In this document: positions 45,532 to 55,616 of the stretch, one piece after another | How positions within the stretch are numbered: the first letter of the stretch is position 1 | Layout: each line of letters opens with the position of its first letter | The notes under the pieces: generated by a model | What the model saw: the letters and a program-made list of their open reading frames with translations, nothing else | Told to the model about the DNA's origin: nothing | Database searches by the model: none | Translations under genes and position numbers: made by a program | NCBI GenBank assembly: GCA_041484665.1 | Contig: JBGPIA010000003.1 | Coordinates: forward strand, 10,229-74,228 | DNA from: Candidatus Krumholzibacteriia bacterium | GTDB taxonomy: Bacteria > Krumholzibacteriota > Krumholzibacteriia > JAJRXK01 | Length of the DNA stretch: 64,000 bases | Direction: 5' to 3'

Positions 45532-46746
45532 TCAGACGCGCATGCTGCTGGCGTCGCTGAGGGCCTCCACGCCCGGCAGCGTCTTTCCCGCCAGGAATTC
45601 CAGCGAGGCCCCCCCACCGGTGGAGATATGGGTGATGCGGCTCGCGATATCCATCTCCGCCAGCGCCGCCACGGAATCGCCACCGCCGACCACCGTGCGC
45701 GCTCCCGTCTCGGTCGCCTGCGCCATGGCGCGCGCGATCCCCCGCGTGCCCTTGGCGAACGCCGGGATCTCGAAGACCCCCATGGGCCCGTTCCAGAAGA
45801 TGGTATTGGCCGACTCGATCACCTGGCTGTAGAGCTTGATCGTGCGCGAGCCGATGTCCAGACCCTGCCAGCTCTCGGGAATGTCGGTGACGAGGACCTC
45901 CTTGCGCTCCCCGTGCTCGCCGAACTCGCTGCTCACCACGCAGTCCTGGGGGAGCAGCAGCTGCGTCGTGGACCGCTTGGCTTTCAGCGTGATTCCGCGC
46001 ACGGTCTCCAGGAGATCGTTGTCCACGAGGCTGTTGCCCACCTCCAGCCCGTGGACCTTGAAGAAGGTGAAGGCCATCCCGCCACCCACGAGGATGGTGT
46101 CGACGCGGTCGAGGAGGTTCTCGATCACCTCGATCTTGCCGCTCACCTTGGCACCACCCAGCACCGCCACGAAGGGCCGGGTGGGATTCTCCAGCAGGGC
46201 GCCGAGATTCTCCAGCTCCTTGTCCATGAGCAGCCCAGAAACGCGCAGATCGAAGTAGCGCGTCACGCCCACCGTCGAGGCATGGGCGCGGTGGGCGGTC
46301 CCGAAGGCGTCGTTGACGTACAGATCACCGAGCTCGGAGAGCTGCCGGGCGAACCCGTCGTCGTTCTTCTCCTCCTCAGAGTAGAAACGGAGATTCTCCA
46401 GCAGAGCGACCTGGCCGGGCTGCAGTGCGTGCACGACCTTGCCCGCCGGCTCGCCGATGCAGTCGTCGGCGAACCGGATGGGGATGCTGGGGAGCAACTC
46501 GCTGAGCCGGTCGGCGACGGGGCGAAGGCTGAACTTCTCGCTGCGCTGCCCTTTGGGGCGGCCCAGGTGCGACATCAGGACGGGCATGCCGCCGTGCGCG
46601 ACGATGAACTGGATCGTCGAGATCGAGCCCCGCAAGCGCGTGTCGTCGGTGATCGCGCCGTTGGGGTCCATGGGCACGTTGAAATCGACACGCGTGAGCA
46701 CACGGCGGCCGTGGAGGTCGACGTCCTGCACGGAGAGCTTCTTCAT
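45532..46746 (-). CDS. pgk: Phosphoglycerate kinase
   Basis: RVDFNVP, SHLGRP, LLENLRF, NDAFGTAHRAHAS, GGAKVSGK, WNGPMGVFE, GGGDS, STGGGASLE. Confidence 0.98.
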   Translation of the reverse strand: MKKLSVQDVDLHGRRVLTRVDFNVPMDPNGAITDDTRLRGSISTIQFIVAHGGMPVLMSHLGRPKGQRSEKFSLRPVADRLSELLPSIPIRFADDCIGEPAGKVVHALQPGQVALLENLRFYSEEEKNDDGFARQLSELGDLYVNDAFGTAHRAHASTVGVTRYFDLRVSGLLMDKELENLGALLENPTRPFVAVLGGAKVSGKIEVIENLLDRVDTILVGGGMAFTFFKVHGLEVGNSLVDNDLLETVRGITLKAKRSTTQLLLPQDCVVSSEFGEHGERKEVLVTDIPESWQGLDIGSRTIKLYSQVIESANTIFWNGPMGVFEIPAFAKGTRGIARAMAQATETGARTVVGGGDSVAALAEMDIASRITHISTGGGASLEFLAGKTLPGVEALSDASSMRV

Positions 46747-46818
46747 GGGCCAACCGACTCCCGGTTCGGGAACGCAGCGGATGGCCGCGAGCACAGGGCC
46801 CGCGCGCTCAGCTGGGCT

Positions 46819-47664
46819 CTATGTGCTTGAATCACATGGAGTTAGAGACCAACCCCGCCGCAAACATTCTAGGGAGCCGCGCAACGGGGTGTCAAGGCCA
46901 ACTTCCCGCGGTGCGCGGCTCGCCCCGCCCAACGCAAGGCCCGCCACTGGGTTGCCGCGAGCGCCCAGGATCCTCAGCGCGGCCTGCGCGGTGGCCCCGG
47001 TGGTGATCTGATCCTCCACCAGCACCAAGGGACGGTCGCGCGGGATCTCCGCGAGATTGCCCGCGGAGAACATCCCATCGACGTTGCGCCAGCGCTGCAG
47101 CGGATCGCGCAGACGGGCCTGCGGCGGCGCCGCTCGCCTGCGGCGCAGCAGATCGCCGCGCAGCGGGCAGCCCGCGCGACGCGCCAGCGCCGACGCAATG
47201 AGGCGCGCGGGACTGAAGCCGCGCTCGCGCAGGCGCAACGGGTCGTCGGGTGCGGGCACCAACACGGCCTGGGCCGTGAGCCAGCCAGCGCGCACGCCGG
47301 CGTGGGCGAGCGTAACGGCGAGCTGCGTCAACAGCGCGCTGCGCCCGCCGTACTTCGCCGCGTGCAGCAGCGCGAAGAGCGCCGGGGAGTCGGCGTACGC
47401 CCAGCGCAGGGGAGCGCCCGCGTGCAGCGCCCGCGGCCACCCCGGCGCGAACGTGGCGCGTGGCAGCGCGCGCAGGCAGCATCGGTGCAGCAGCGGCGAC
47501 GGGGCCCGTCCCCGGCTGCACACCACCCCGGGCTGCCCCAGCTCGATCCACTGCTCGCACACGGGACACTGAGCGGGCCACAGCAGGTCCAGGGCCGTGC
47601 CGCCTAACGCCAGCGCCTGCGCGCGCAGCGCGCGCCAGCAGGGCGTGCGCCTGGCCATCAACAC
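46819..47664 (-). CDS. comF: ComF family phosphoribosyltransferase-like protein
   Basis: LDLLWPAQCPVC, AKYGG, RERGFSPA, LVLVEDQITTGAT. Confidence 0.85.
   Translation of the reverse strand: MLMARRTPCWRALRAQALALGGTALDLLWPAQCPVCEQWIELGQPGVVCSRGRAPSPLLHRCCLRALPRATFAPGWPRALHAGAPLRWAYADSPALFALLHAAKYGGRSALLTQLAVTLAHAGVRAGWLTAQAVLVPAPDDPLRLRERGFSPARLIASALARRAGCPLRGDLLRRRRAAPPQARLRDPLQRWRNVDGMFSAGNLAEIPRDRPLVLVEDQITTGATAQAALRILGARGNPVAGLALGGASRAPREVGLDTPLRGSLECLRRGWSLTPCDSST
46866..46895 (-). promoter_or_regulatory. Sigma70 promoter for pgk-tpiA, inside the comF 3' end
   Basis: TTGACA, 18 bp, TAGAAT. Confidence 0.65.
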
Positions 47665-47768
47665 ACCTCACGACGGGAGGCTGGACTCCAAGCGGCCAGC
47701 GCTGGCGGGCGCAACCGCGATCATCCAGCGCCGGGAGACACTGCTCCTTGCGTCCAGCCCCGGCCCAC

Positions 47769-48644
47769 TCAATCCCAGGAGCGGCCGAGGCTCGCGGCCA
47801 TGGCCTGCAACGGCGGCTCCCCACCCAGCCAGAGCGAGAAGGCGAGTGCCGCTTGCGCGATCAGCATCGGGATCCCATCCATCACCGGGCAGCCCCGCCG
47901 GGACGCCGCGCGCAGCAGCTGCGACGGGACCACACTGTAGGTGAGGTCCACGACCAGCGCCCCCGCGCGCAGCTGCGCCACGTCCACCGGTGACGGGTCG
48001 TCCACCCGCAATCCGAGCGGCGTCGCCTGGATGACAAGCGCCGCGTCGCGCAGCACCGGATCATCCAGCGGTCCCACGCGCGCGCCGCGCTGCGCGGCCC
48101 AGCCCGCCGCGTCGGGGCGGCGCGCCAGGACCGCGATCGAGTGCGCGTTCAGCTCCTGGAGCGCGGCCACCGCGGCGCGGGCCGCGCCGCCGGCTCCCAC
48201 CACGACCGCTGGCTGCGTCCGCGTGGGCGCGACCGCCGCCCACGGTGTCCGCCGCAGCGCCATCGCCAGGCCCGCTGCGTCGGTATTGTGCGCCCGCCAG
48301 CCGCCCTGCGCACGCGCCAACGTGTTGGCTGCGCCCACGACCTGCGCGCTGGCGTCACAGCCCACGGCCAGCGTCAGCGCGGCCAGTTTGTGCGGCACGG
48401 TGACGTTGAGGCCCAAGAGGCCAGCGGCGTGGGCGTGCGCAAGACATTCGGCCAGGTTGGCGGCAACAACCTGCACGGCGGCGTACGACGCGTCGTGACC
48501 GCGAGAGGCTAGCGCGGCGGCGAACAAGCGCGGGCTGAGACTGTGCGCGACCGGGTCCCCGAGCAACGCGAGCTTCGGCCACGGCGCATCGCGCCGGCCA
48601 TCGGCCGTCCGCAGTCGGCCCGCGCGATACTGCAGGGGTTTCAC
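47769..48644 (-). CDS. aroE: Shikimate dehydrogenase
   Basis: LLGDPVAHSLSP, GLNVTVPHK, GAANT, HNTD..G, GAGGAARA, DG..MLIAQA; GTGA overlap with the pmbA-like stop. Confidence 0.92.
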   Translation of the reverse strand: MKPLQYRAGRLRTADGRRDAPWPKLALLGDPVAHSLSPRLFAAALASRGHDASYAAVQVVAANLAECLAHAHAAGLLGLNVTVPHKLAALTLAVGCDASAQVVGAANTLARAQGGWRAHNTDAAGLAMALRRTPWAAVAPTRTQPAVVVGAGGAARAAVAALQELNAHSIAVLARRPDAAGWAAQRGARVGPLDDPVLRDAALVIQATPLGLRVDDPSPVDVAQLRAGALVVDLTYSVVPSQLLRAASRRGCPVMDGIPMLIAQAALAFSLWLGGEPPLQAMAASLGRSWD

Positions 48645-49978
48645 CGCCCGCTGACGGTGAGGCCGTCCACCAGCAGGCTGGGGCAACCGACGTTGGCGTC
48701 GAACCAGAGGTCGCTGCCCACCTCCACGATACGCTGCAGCAGCTCCAGCAGGTTGCCCGCGACGGTCATCTCCCCCACCGGGTACGCGCGCCGACCACCC
48801 TCGATCCAATGACCGACCAGGCCCAGGCTGAAATCCAGGGTGACCGCGTTGGCCGTGTGCAGCCCCATCAGGTCCTGGATCTCAAACCCGCGCGCGATCT
48901 GCGTGCGCAGCGCGTCCAGGGCGCGGCGTCCCGGCAGCAGCACGAGGTTGGTGGGGGCGACGCGCACGGCGGCGGCGAAGTCGTCGCGCGCGGCGTTGGC
49001 GGTGACGGCGACCCCCATGCGTCGCGCGGAGTAGCTGCTGTGGAGCAGGCTGCGCAGCTCGCCGTCCTCGACCAGGGGCGTGGCCCGGGCGGGCACGCCC
49101 TCCGCGTCGAAGGGCATCCCGCCGATCCCGCCCGCGTGGAACGGATCGTCAACGATGCGCACGAGGGGCGCGGCGACCCGTTGTCCCACACGCCCGGCCA
49201 GCGGGCTGCTCCCCAGCAGGCACTCCTCCGCCGACAACGGCACGGCCAACAGGGAGAGCAGCGCCGTGGCGGCCACCGGGTCCAACAGCACCGGTCCCTT
49301 GAAAGTCTCTGCCTGCCGGCTGCCCAGCAACTCGACGGCGTGGCGCGCCGCTGCGCGCCCGACCCCCAAGGCATCGAGTCCGCCCGCTCCGCGCGCGTGC
49401 GCCGCGTGGTGCCCGGTGCGCTCATCGCCACCGCCCGCCGCCACGACCTCCACGGCCAACGACGCCGCGCTCGCCTCCCCGGCCGCGCGCACTCCCCGGC
49501 TGTTCACCACGACCTGCGCCGCCAGCACGTCCTCGTAGGTCGCCGCCTCGCACTTGGCGACGCGTGGATCGGCCGCGAATGCAGCCTCCTCCGCCGCGCG
49601 TGCCAGCGCCACGCGTCGCACGTCGGGCAGATCGCGCAGGGCGGCCTCGCAAAACGCGCCGTCGGGCGGAAGCTGGGGCGCGGGCTCGGCCAGCACCGAG
49701 GCCTCCCGCGGCTCGGCGACGGCCGCCACGGCGGCAGCCCGCTGCAGAGCCGCAGCGATCCCGGCCTCGCTCAGGTCGGTGGTGAAGGCCGTCCCGACGC
49801 GGCCGCCACGCTCCAGACGCAGACCCAGCCCGCGCCGCACCGCGCGCGAGAACGACTCCACCTCGCCTCGATGCACCTGCACGCGCGTCTGCTCCGTGCG
49901 CTGCAGGAAGGCTTCCGCGCCGTAGCTCTGCGCCTGCGCGCCGCGCACGGCCGTCTCGGCGATCTGCAGATCGTCCAT
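48641..49978 (-). CDS. pmbA: TldD/PmbA family protein (PmbA/TldE type)
   Basis: GLGLRL, DDP...G....PFDAEG, LVEDGEL..LLH, TNL.L.PG, DFS, PV.E.T+AGN; no HExxxH motif. Confidence 0.88.
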   Translation of the reverse strand: MDDLQIAETAVRGAQAQSYGAEAFLQRTEQTRVQVHRGEVESFSRAVRRGLGLRLERGGRVGTAFTTDLSEAGIAAALQRAAAVAAVAEPREASVLAEPAPQLPPDGAFCEAALRDLPDVRRVALARAAEEAAFAADPRVAKCEAATYEDVLAAQVVVNSRGVRAAGEASAASLAVEVVAAGGGDERTGHHAAHARGAGGLDALGVGRAAARHAVELLGSRQAETFKGPVLLDPVAATALLSLLAVPLSAEECLLGSSPLAGRVGQRVAAPLVRIVDDPFHAGGIGGMPFDAEGVPARATPLVEDGELRSLLHSSYSARRMGVAVTANAARDDFAAAVRVAPTNLVLLPGRRALDALRTQIARGFEIQDLMGLHTANAVTLDFSLGLVGHWIEGGRRAYPVGEMTVAGNLLELLQRIVEVGSDLWFDANVGCPSLLVDGLTVSGR

Positions 49979-50035
49979 CGTCCTCCCACTCCGGACGGCG
50001 TGGAGGAGGCTCGCACGTCGCCCGCGCCGGGCGAC

Positions 50036-51307
50036 TCAGACCTCCGACCAGCGTGCCGACACGTTCAAGAGCAGCCCCATCATGATGCAGCTGGAGAGCA
50101 TGGAGCTGCCCCCGTAGCTGATCAACGGCAACGGCATGCCCGTGATGGGCAACAGCCCCGCCGTGATGGAGATGTTCACGCACGACTGGAAGGCGAAGTA
50201 GGTGGCCACTCCCACCGCCAGCAGGCTGGCGAACGGCCGCTTGGCCTTCATGCCAATCTGCAGCGCCCGGTAGACCAGCAGCACGAACAGCGCGACCACC
50301 AGCAGCGCGCCGACCAGCCCCAGCTCCTCGCCCACCACCGAGAAGATGAAATCGGTGTGGCGCTCGGGCAAGAAGGCCAGCCCCTTCTGGCTCCCGTGGA
50401 GATACCCCTTGCCGAACAGCCCGCCGGAGCCGATGGCCACCTTGCTCTGGAAGATCTGGTAGCCGGAGCCCAGGCGGTCTGCCTCCTCCCCGGCCAGGAA
50501 GGTGAGCACGCGCTGCTGCTGGTACGGTTTGAGGTGTTCCCACACCAGCGGCACGCTGAGGCCGGTGACCAGATTGGAGAAGACCAGCACCAGGCTTTGC
50601 AGCATGTACAGCCGCGAGAAGAACACGGCCAGCAAGAGCAGTAGCACGTAGAGCACCCAGGGCCAGGTGCTGTGCAGGACGTTCTCGCCGTAGAACATCA
50701 CGACCGCCCCCAGCGCGGGCGAGATGATGGCCAAGAGCAGCAGCAAGCTGGCGCCGACCCACAGCAACATGGGAGCGGCCAGCGCCAGAAACACCAGAGA
50801 TGTCCCCAGATCGGGCTCCTTGAGCGTGAGCAGGAAGGGCGGCACCGTCAGCAGCAGCGCCCCGCCCACGAGCAGGATGGGGCGGCTGCCGCGCCGCATG
50901 GCCAGGAAGCGCGCCAGGGCGAAGATCGTCGCGGCCTTGGTGAACTCCGAGGGCTGCAGCGAGAAAAGCCCCAGATCGATCCAGCGGCGGCTGCCCAACC
51001 GCTCCACGCCGAACAGCAGCACCGCCAGCAGCGCCAGCAGCGCGAGCCCATAGAGCGGGAAGGCCAGGGTCTCGAAGAAGCGGAACGGCACCAACAGGCA
51101 CACCACTGCCGCGGCCACGCCGACGGCGACCCACAGCAGCTGATTGCGGAAGGTGCCGGGCCCCACGTTGCTGCGCAGCCCCTCCGATCCTCCGGGCAGC
51201 CCCACCGCGCAGCTGTAGACGATGGCCAGGCCGATGGCGATCAGCAGCAGCCACGCCAGGATCGCCGGCGCGTCGGTGCGGCCCAGGAGCTGCGTGAAGC
51301 GCCTCAT
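50036..51307 (-). CDS. rodA: Rod shape-determining protein RodA (SEDS)
   Basis: GSRRWI.LG..SLQPSEF, EPDLGT, YQQQR, GYQ..QSK.AIGSGG, LPERHTDFIFS, PLISYGGSS. Confidence 0.96.
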   Translation of the reverse strand: MRRFTQLLGRTDAPAILAWLLLIAIGLAIVYSCAVGLPGGSEGLRSNVGPGTFRNQLLWVAVGVAAAVVCLLVPFRFFETLAFPLYGLALLALLAVLLFGVERLGSRRWIDLGLFSLQPSEFTKAATIFALARFLAMRRGSRPILLVGGALLLTVPPFLLTLKEPDLGTSLVFLALAAPMLLWVGASLLLLLAIISPALGAVVMFYGENVLHSTWPWVLYVLLLLLAVFFSRLYMLQSLVLVFSNLVTGLSVPLVWEHLKPYQQQRVLTFLAGEEADRLGSGYQIFQSKVAIGSGGLFGKGYLHGSQKGLAFLPERHTDFIFSVVGEELGLVGALLVVALFVLLVYRALQIGMKAKRPFASLLAVGVATYFAFQSCVNISITAGLLPITGMPLPLISYGGSSMLSSCIMMGLLLNVSARWSEV

Positions 51308-53115
51308 CCCTTCACCCCCGTAGCACGGGCGAGCGAGTCGGCATGCGTGGCGGTCTGCCACGTGAAGTAGGTGGTGAGGAGCTTGCCCACGATCGGAGCG
51401 GCGACGGAGCCGCCGTGCCCGGCGTTCTCCACGATCACGGCCACGGCGACCTCGGGGTGCTCGCTGGGCGCGTAGGCGACGAACCAGGCGTGGTCCTGGC
51501 CGTGGGGATTCTGCGCCGTGCCGGTCTTCCCGGACACCTCGATCCCCTCCACGCGTGCGAGGCTGCCGGTGCCCTGTTCGCCGGCCACGGCCTGGCGCAT
51601 GGAGAGCTTGAGGAAATCGAGCACCTCCTGCGAGCAGACCGTCTCCGCCGACCGGCGTACCTGGCGTACCTCGCGCACGCCGAACACATTTTCGCGCGCG
51701 AGCACGATGTTGGGCCGGTAGAGATATCCGTCGCCGCCAACCGCGGCGTAGGTTCGCGCCAGCTGCAATGGAGTGACCAGCAGCTCGCCTTGCCCGATGG
51801 CGTTGTTGAGCATCACGCCGGGACCCCAGCCGCGCCGGCCCAGCTTCTCGTCGTAGTAGCTGGTGGTGGGCACCAGGCCGGGCGACTCCCCGGCGAGCTC
51901 GATCCCGGTGCGGGCGGCCAGCCCGAAGCGCGCCGCGGTCTCGGCCAGCTCGTCGGGGGTGAGCAGTTGGCCCACCTGGTAGAAGTACACGTCGCAACTC
52001 TGGGCGATGGCCCCCAGCAGGTCGAGGCTGCCGTGACCCTCCGGCTTCCAGCAACGGAAGAAGCGGTTGCCGAATTGCAGGCCCCCGTGGCACGGGTGCA
52101 TGCGCGTCAAGGGCGTGATGCGACGGCGCTCCAGCGCCGCGGCCGCCGTGATGAGCTTGTAAGTGCTACCGGGAGGGTAACCGCCCTGGAAGATGCGGTT
52201 GAACAGCGGGTGCTTGAGATCGTCGTTGAGGGCGACCCAGCGCGGCGCGCTGATCCCGCCGGTGAACTCGTTGGGGTCGAACGAGGGCGAACTCGCGGCG
52301 GCCAGGATGTCCCCCGTCGCAACCTCGATCACCACGCCGGCGCCCACTCGCCCCGCCAGCAGGTGCTCCAGCTCGGACTGCATGGGCTGGCTGATGGTGA
52401 GATAGAGGCGTACACCCGGGACCGATGGGATGTTCCCCTCGGGCAGCTCGCCCACCACGTGGCCGGCCGCGTTGACCTCCACGACCTTGCGCCCGTGGCG
52501 CCCGCGCAGCTGCTCCTCGGCCAAGGCTTCCACCCCGGCGCGGCCGATCATGTCCCCGGGGCCATAGAGGGCGTTGGCCCCCTCGCCCTGCGTCTCGTCG
52601 GAGCGCACCTCGCCCACGTAGCCCAGCAGGTGCGCCGCAAGCGGCCCGAAGCGATAGGTGCGTCGTGGCTGCACTTCCAGCTGTACGTCGGGGAGCATCG
52701 TGCGGTGCTCTTCCACCTTTGCGATCTGCACGGGATCTGCGTGCCGCACGATGGTGACGCGGCCGTCCTCCGCGCCCCGCTCGAGTCGCTCTACGATCTG
52801 GGCGTCGTCGAGCTCCAGTAGCTGCTGCAGCGACGAAAGCGTCGCATCGCCCACACGGGCGTGCCGGCGCGCGATGGTGACCCGGGCCTGGTACTCGTTC
52901 TCGGCCAGCGGCACGCCATTGCGGTCGCAGATCGCGCCCCGCGGCGCCAGCACCCGCGTGCGGTACTGGCGGTTCTCTCTGGCGAGGGAGGCGTAGCGCT
53001 CCCCCTCGACCAGCTGCAGAGAGATCAGGGCGATCACGATCAGCAGATACCAGGCGCCGATCACCCCCATCAGCACGCGGCGGCGCAGCGGGGGAATCTC
53101 CTCACTAACTGCCAA
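51304..53115 (-). CDS. mrdA: Penicillin-binding protein 2
   Basis: APRG.I.DRNG, GYVGE, YPPGSTYK (SxxK), SCDVYFY (SxD), SGKTGTAQ, HAWFVAYAP; start approximate (TTG 53115 or ATG 53070). Confidence 0.95.
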   Translation of the reverse strand: MAVSEEIPPLRRRVLMGVIGAWYLLIVIALISLQLVEGERYASLARENRQYRTRVLAPRGAICDRNGVPLAENEYQARVTIARRHARVGDATLSSLQQLLELDDAQIVERLERGAEDGRVTIVRHADPVQIAKVEEHRTMLPDVQLEVQPRRTYRFGPLAAHLLGYVGEVRSDETQGEGANALYGPGDMIGRAGVEALAEEQLRGRHGRKVVEVNAAGHVVGELPEGNIPSVPGVRLYLTISQPMQSELEHLLAGRVGAGVVIEVATGDILAAASSPSFDPNEFTGGISAPRWVALNDDLKHPLFNRIFQGGYPPGSTYKLITAAAALERRRITPLTRMHPCHGGLQFGNRFFRCWKPEGHGSLDLLGAIAQSCDVYFYQVGQLLTPDELAETAARFGLAARTGIELAGESPGLVPTTSYYDEKLGRRGWGPGVMLNNAIGQGELLVTPLQLARTYAAVGGDGYLYRPNIVLARENVFGVREVRQVRRSAETVCSQEVLDFLKLSMRQAVAGEQGTGSLARVEGIEVSGKTGTAQNPHGQDHAWFVAYAPSEHPEVAVAVIVENAGHGGSVAAPIVGKLLTTYFTWQTATHADSLARATGVKG

Positions 53116-53617
53116 GCCTGCCCTCCCGCCGGGCCATGAGCCCTCCGCCGCCCCCGATGGCCGAAGCGACCACGGCGATGAGCCCGCCGGCCAGCGCCGT
53201 GTAGATGGCCGTGGGGATGGCGATGGTGAAGTACATGGAGAAGAAACGGGGAAGCGACAGATGCGTGTAGGCCAACAAGAAAATCGCGTCGTGCACGAGC
53301 ACCGACAAGCCCAGCAGCACCGCCAACAGCACAAGGCTCTCGGCCACCAGCTGCTGGGAGAGCTTCCCGATCCCGAAGCCCAGCACTGACTTGGCCAGGC
53401 ACTGCATGCCCAACGTGTGGGGTTGCAGCAGCCCCTCGAGCAGGCCGATGCAGAAGCCCAGGACCGTACCGAAAACCGGGCCGCGGCGCTGGGCCAGGAA
53501 CACCAGTAGCAGCAGCGCCAGGTCGGGGCGGATGCCCCACAGATCGATGCGGTTGACCAGCGCCACTTGCGCGACGAGCGTCAGGAGCACGGCGAGCACC
53601 AGCCGGATGCCGCTCAT
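53105..53617 (-). CDS. mreD: Rod shape-determining protein MreD
   Basis: IRPDL.L, multi-TM; located between mreC and mrdA. Confidence 0.88.
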   Translation of the reverse strand: MSGIRLVLAVLLTLVAQVALVNRIDLWGIRPDLALLLLVFLAQRRGPVFGTVLGFCIGLLEGLLQPHTLGMQCLAKSVLGFGIGKLSQQLVAESLVLLAVLLGLSVLVHDAIFLLAYTHLSLPRFFSMYFTIAIPTAIYTALAGGLIAVVASAIGGGGGLMARREGRLGS

Positions 53618-54525
53618 GGGACGACACGCGGCGGAGGGTCCGTCCGGTCCGCCGCCGGCGACCGCGGCGTCGCGCTTTGCGCCTTCGAGGGCGGCGTGGC
53701 CCCCGACGCCCGCGGCTGTGGCTCGGCGGCGTACCAGGGCCCGGGCCGCGTCACCACGTAGACCTGCGACAGCGCACTGAAGCGCACGCCCGGCGAGACG
53801 ACCACTTGCTGGAAGAGCTCGGTGCTGGTGCTCCGCACGTCGAGCACCGCTCCGATGGGGATCCCCCGCGGGACGCTTCCGCCCAGCCCGCTGGTGACGA
53901 GCTCGTCGCCGGGGCGCAGCGGATCACCCTGGGGCACGTGGTCCAGGAGGAACTCGCGCCCGTCGTAGCGCAGGAGCCCCGTTACGCCGTTGCGCACGGC
54001 CTCGACGCTGATCCGCGACTCCTCGTCGGTGAGCAGCTGCACCAAGGCCAGATCGCGGCCGAGCACCTGGCGAACCCGGCCCACCAGCCCGGCCTCGGTC
54101 ACAACCGGTTGCCACACGCGCAGCGTGTCGTCGCCGGTGACGCGGATCTTGGCCTGTACCGGGATCCGGCTCACGATGACCTCCAGCACCACGGCGGGCG
54201 CCAGACGCCCGCGGTTGCGCTGGTAGAAGCCGGCACGGGCCTCCAGCTCCCCGAGACGCTGGCGCTGCGCCGCGATCTGGCGGCTGTCCAGCTCGAGGGC
54301 GGCCAGCCGGGCCTTGAGCTCCTGGTTCTCGGCGCGCAGGCTCGCCACCTTGTCCAGTACGCGCGCGCTCCACTCCACGGGGGTGGTGAGCCAGTGCGCC
54401 CAACGCGTCGCGTACTGAACCTTGGAGGTCTCGCCCATCGACAGGAGCGAGGCGGAGACCAGCACGCAGGCGGCCAGCACCAGCTTGTCCAGATAGCGGG
54501 CCAGGCCGTGCGGGACGCCCGCCAT
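53614..54525 (-). CDS. mreC: Rod shape-determining protein MreC
   Basis: L.AEN..LK coiled coil, GLVGRV, V.L+TD, GD.LVTSGLGG..P.GIPIG. Confidence 0.93.
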   Translation of the reverse strand: MAGVPHGLARYLDKLVLAACVLVSASLLSMGETSKVQYATRWAHWLTTPVEWSARVLDKVASLRAENQELKARLAALELDSRQIAAQRQRLGELEARAGFYQRNRGRLAPAVVLEVIVSRIPVQAKIRVTGDDTLRVWQPVVTEAGLVGRVRQVLGRDLALVQLLTDEESRISVEAVRNGVTGLLRYDGREFLLDHVPQGDPLRPGDELVTSGLGGSVPRGIPIGAVLDVRSTSTELFQQVVVSPGVRFSALSQVYVVTRPGPWYAAEPQPRASGATPPSKAQSATPRSPAADRTDPPPRVVP

Positions 54526-54527
54526 GG

Positions 54528-55568
54528 CTAGTCCCGGGCGCTCTGCATGATCACGTCCTCGTACGCGCCCACCTGATCGAGGATCTTGCCCGTGCCGAGC
54601 ACGACGCAGAAGGCGGGGTCGTCGACGGTGTTGATGGGCAGGTTGGTCGCCGAGCGCAGCAGAGCCGCCAGCCCCTTGAGCATGGAGCCGCCGCCGGTGG
54701 CGACGATTCCGCGATCGACGATGTCGGCGGCGAGCTCGGGAGGGGTCTGCTCGAGTGCCCGCTTGAGCGCCTCGACGATCTGCGCGAGGGGCTCCTGCAG
54801 CGCAGCCCGGATCTCGTCGGAGCTGATGCGAAGCGTCTTGGGGATGCCCGCCACCAGGTCGCGTCCCTTGACCTCCATCTCGAGCTCGGAGTCGAGCTTG
54901 AAGGCGCTGCCAATCTCCTTCTTGATGGCCTCCGCCGTCTGGTCGCCGATGAGCAGGTTGTAGTTCTTCTTGAGGTACTGGACAATCGCCTCATCCATCT
55001 CATCGCCTGCCACGCGGATGGAGGTGTCACAGACGATACCGTTGAGCGCGATCACCGCGATGTCGGTGGTGCCACCGCCGATGTCGATGATCATGTTGCC
55101 GCTGGGCTGATCGACGGGCAGCCCGACGCCGATCGCGGCGGCGATGGGCTGGGCCACCAGGAACACCTCGCGCGAGCCGGCGTGCCGCGCCGAATCGCGC
55201 ACAGCGCGCTTCTCCACCTCGGTGATGCGGCTGGGGACCGAGATGATGATGCGCGGCGCGATGAAGTGGCGCTTCTTCTGCGCCAGCTGGATGAACTCGC
55301 GCAGCATGTGCTGCGTAACCTCGAAGTCGGCAATCACGCCGTCCTTGAGGGGGCGGATCGCTTCGATCCGCTCGGGAGTCTTGCCCAGCATCGCCTTGGC
55401 CGCGCTGCCGACCGCGTGCACCTTGCGCGTCGTGCGGTCGACCGCGACCACACTGGGCTCGTTGAGCACGATCCCCTTGCCCTTGATGTACACCAGCGTC
55501 GTGGCGGTGCCCAGGTCGATCGCGATGTCGTTGGTGAAGAGGCCGTTCACCCGGTTCCAGATTCCCAT
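54528..55568 (-). CDS. mreB: Rod shape-determining protein MreB
   Basis: IDLGTATT, NEPSVVA, RPLKDGVIADF, DIGGGTT, TGGGSML. Confidence 0.98.
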   Translation of the reverse strand: MGIWNRVNGLFTNDIAIDLGTATTLVYIKGKGIVLNEPSVVAVDRTTRKVHAVGSAAKAMLGKTPERIEAIRPLKDGVIADFEVTQHMLREFIQLAQKKRHFIAPRIIISVPSRITEVEKRAVRDSARHAGSREVFLVAQPIAAAIGVGLPVDQPSGNMIIDIGGGTTDIAVIALNGIVCDTSIRVAGDEMDEAIVQYLKKNYNLLIGDQTAEAIKKEIGSAFKLDSELEMEVKGRDLVAGIPKTLRISSDEIRAALQEPLAQIVEALKRALEQTPPELAADIVDRGIVATGGGSMLKGLAALLRSATNLPINTVDDPAFCVVLGTGKILDQVGAYEDVIMQSARD

Positions 55569-55616
55569 GCCGGAATCCCCATTGCTTCGATTGCTTCTCA
55601 TTGGTCCGCCCGCCGG

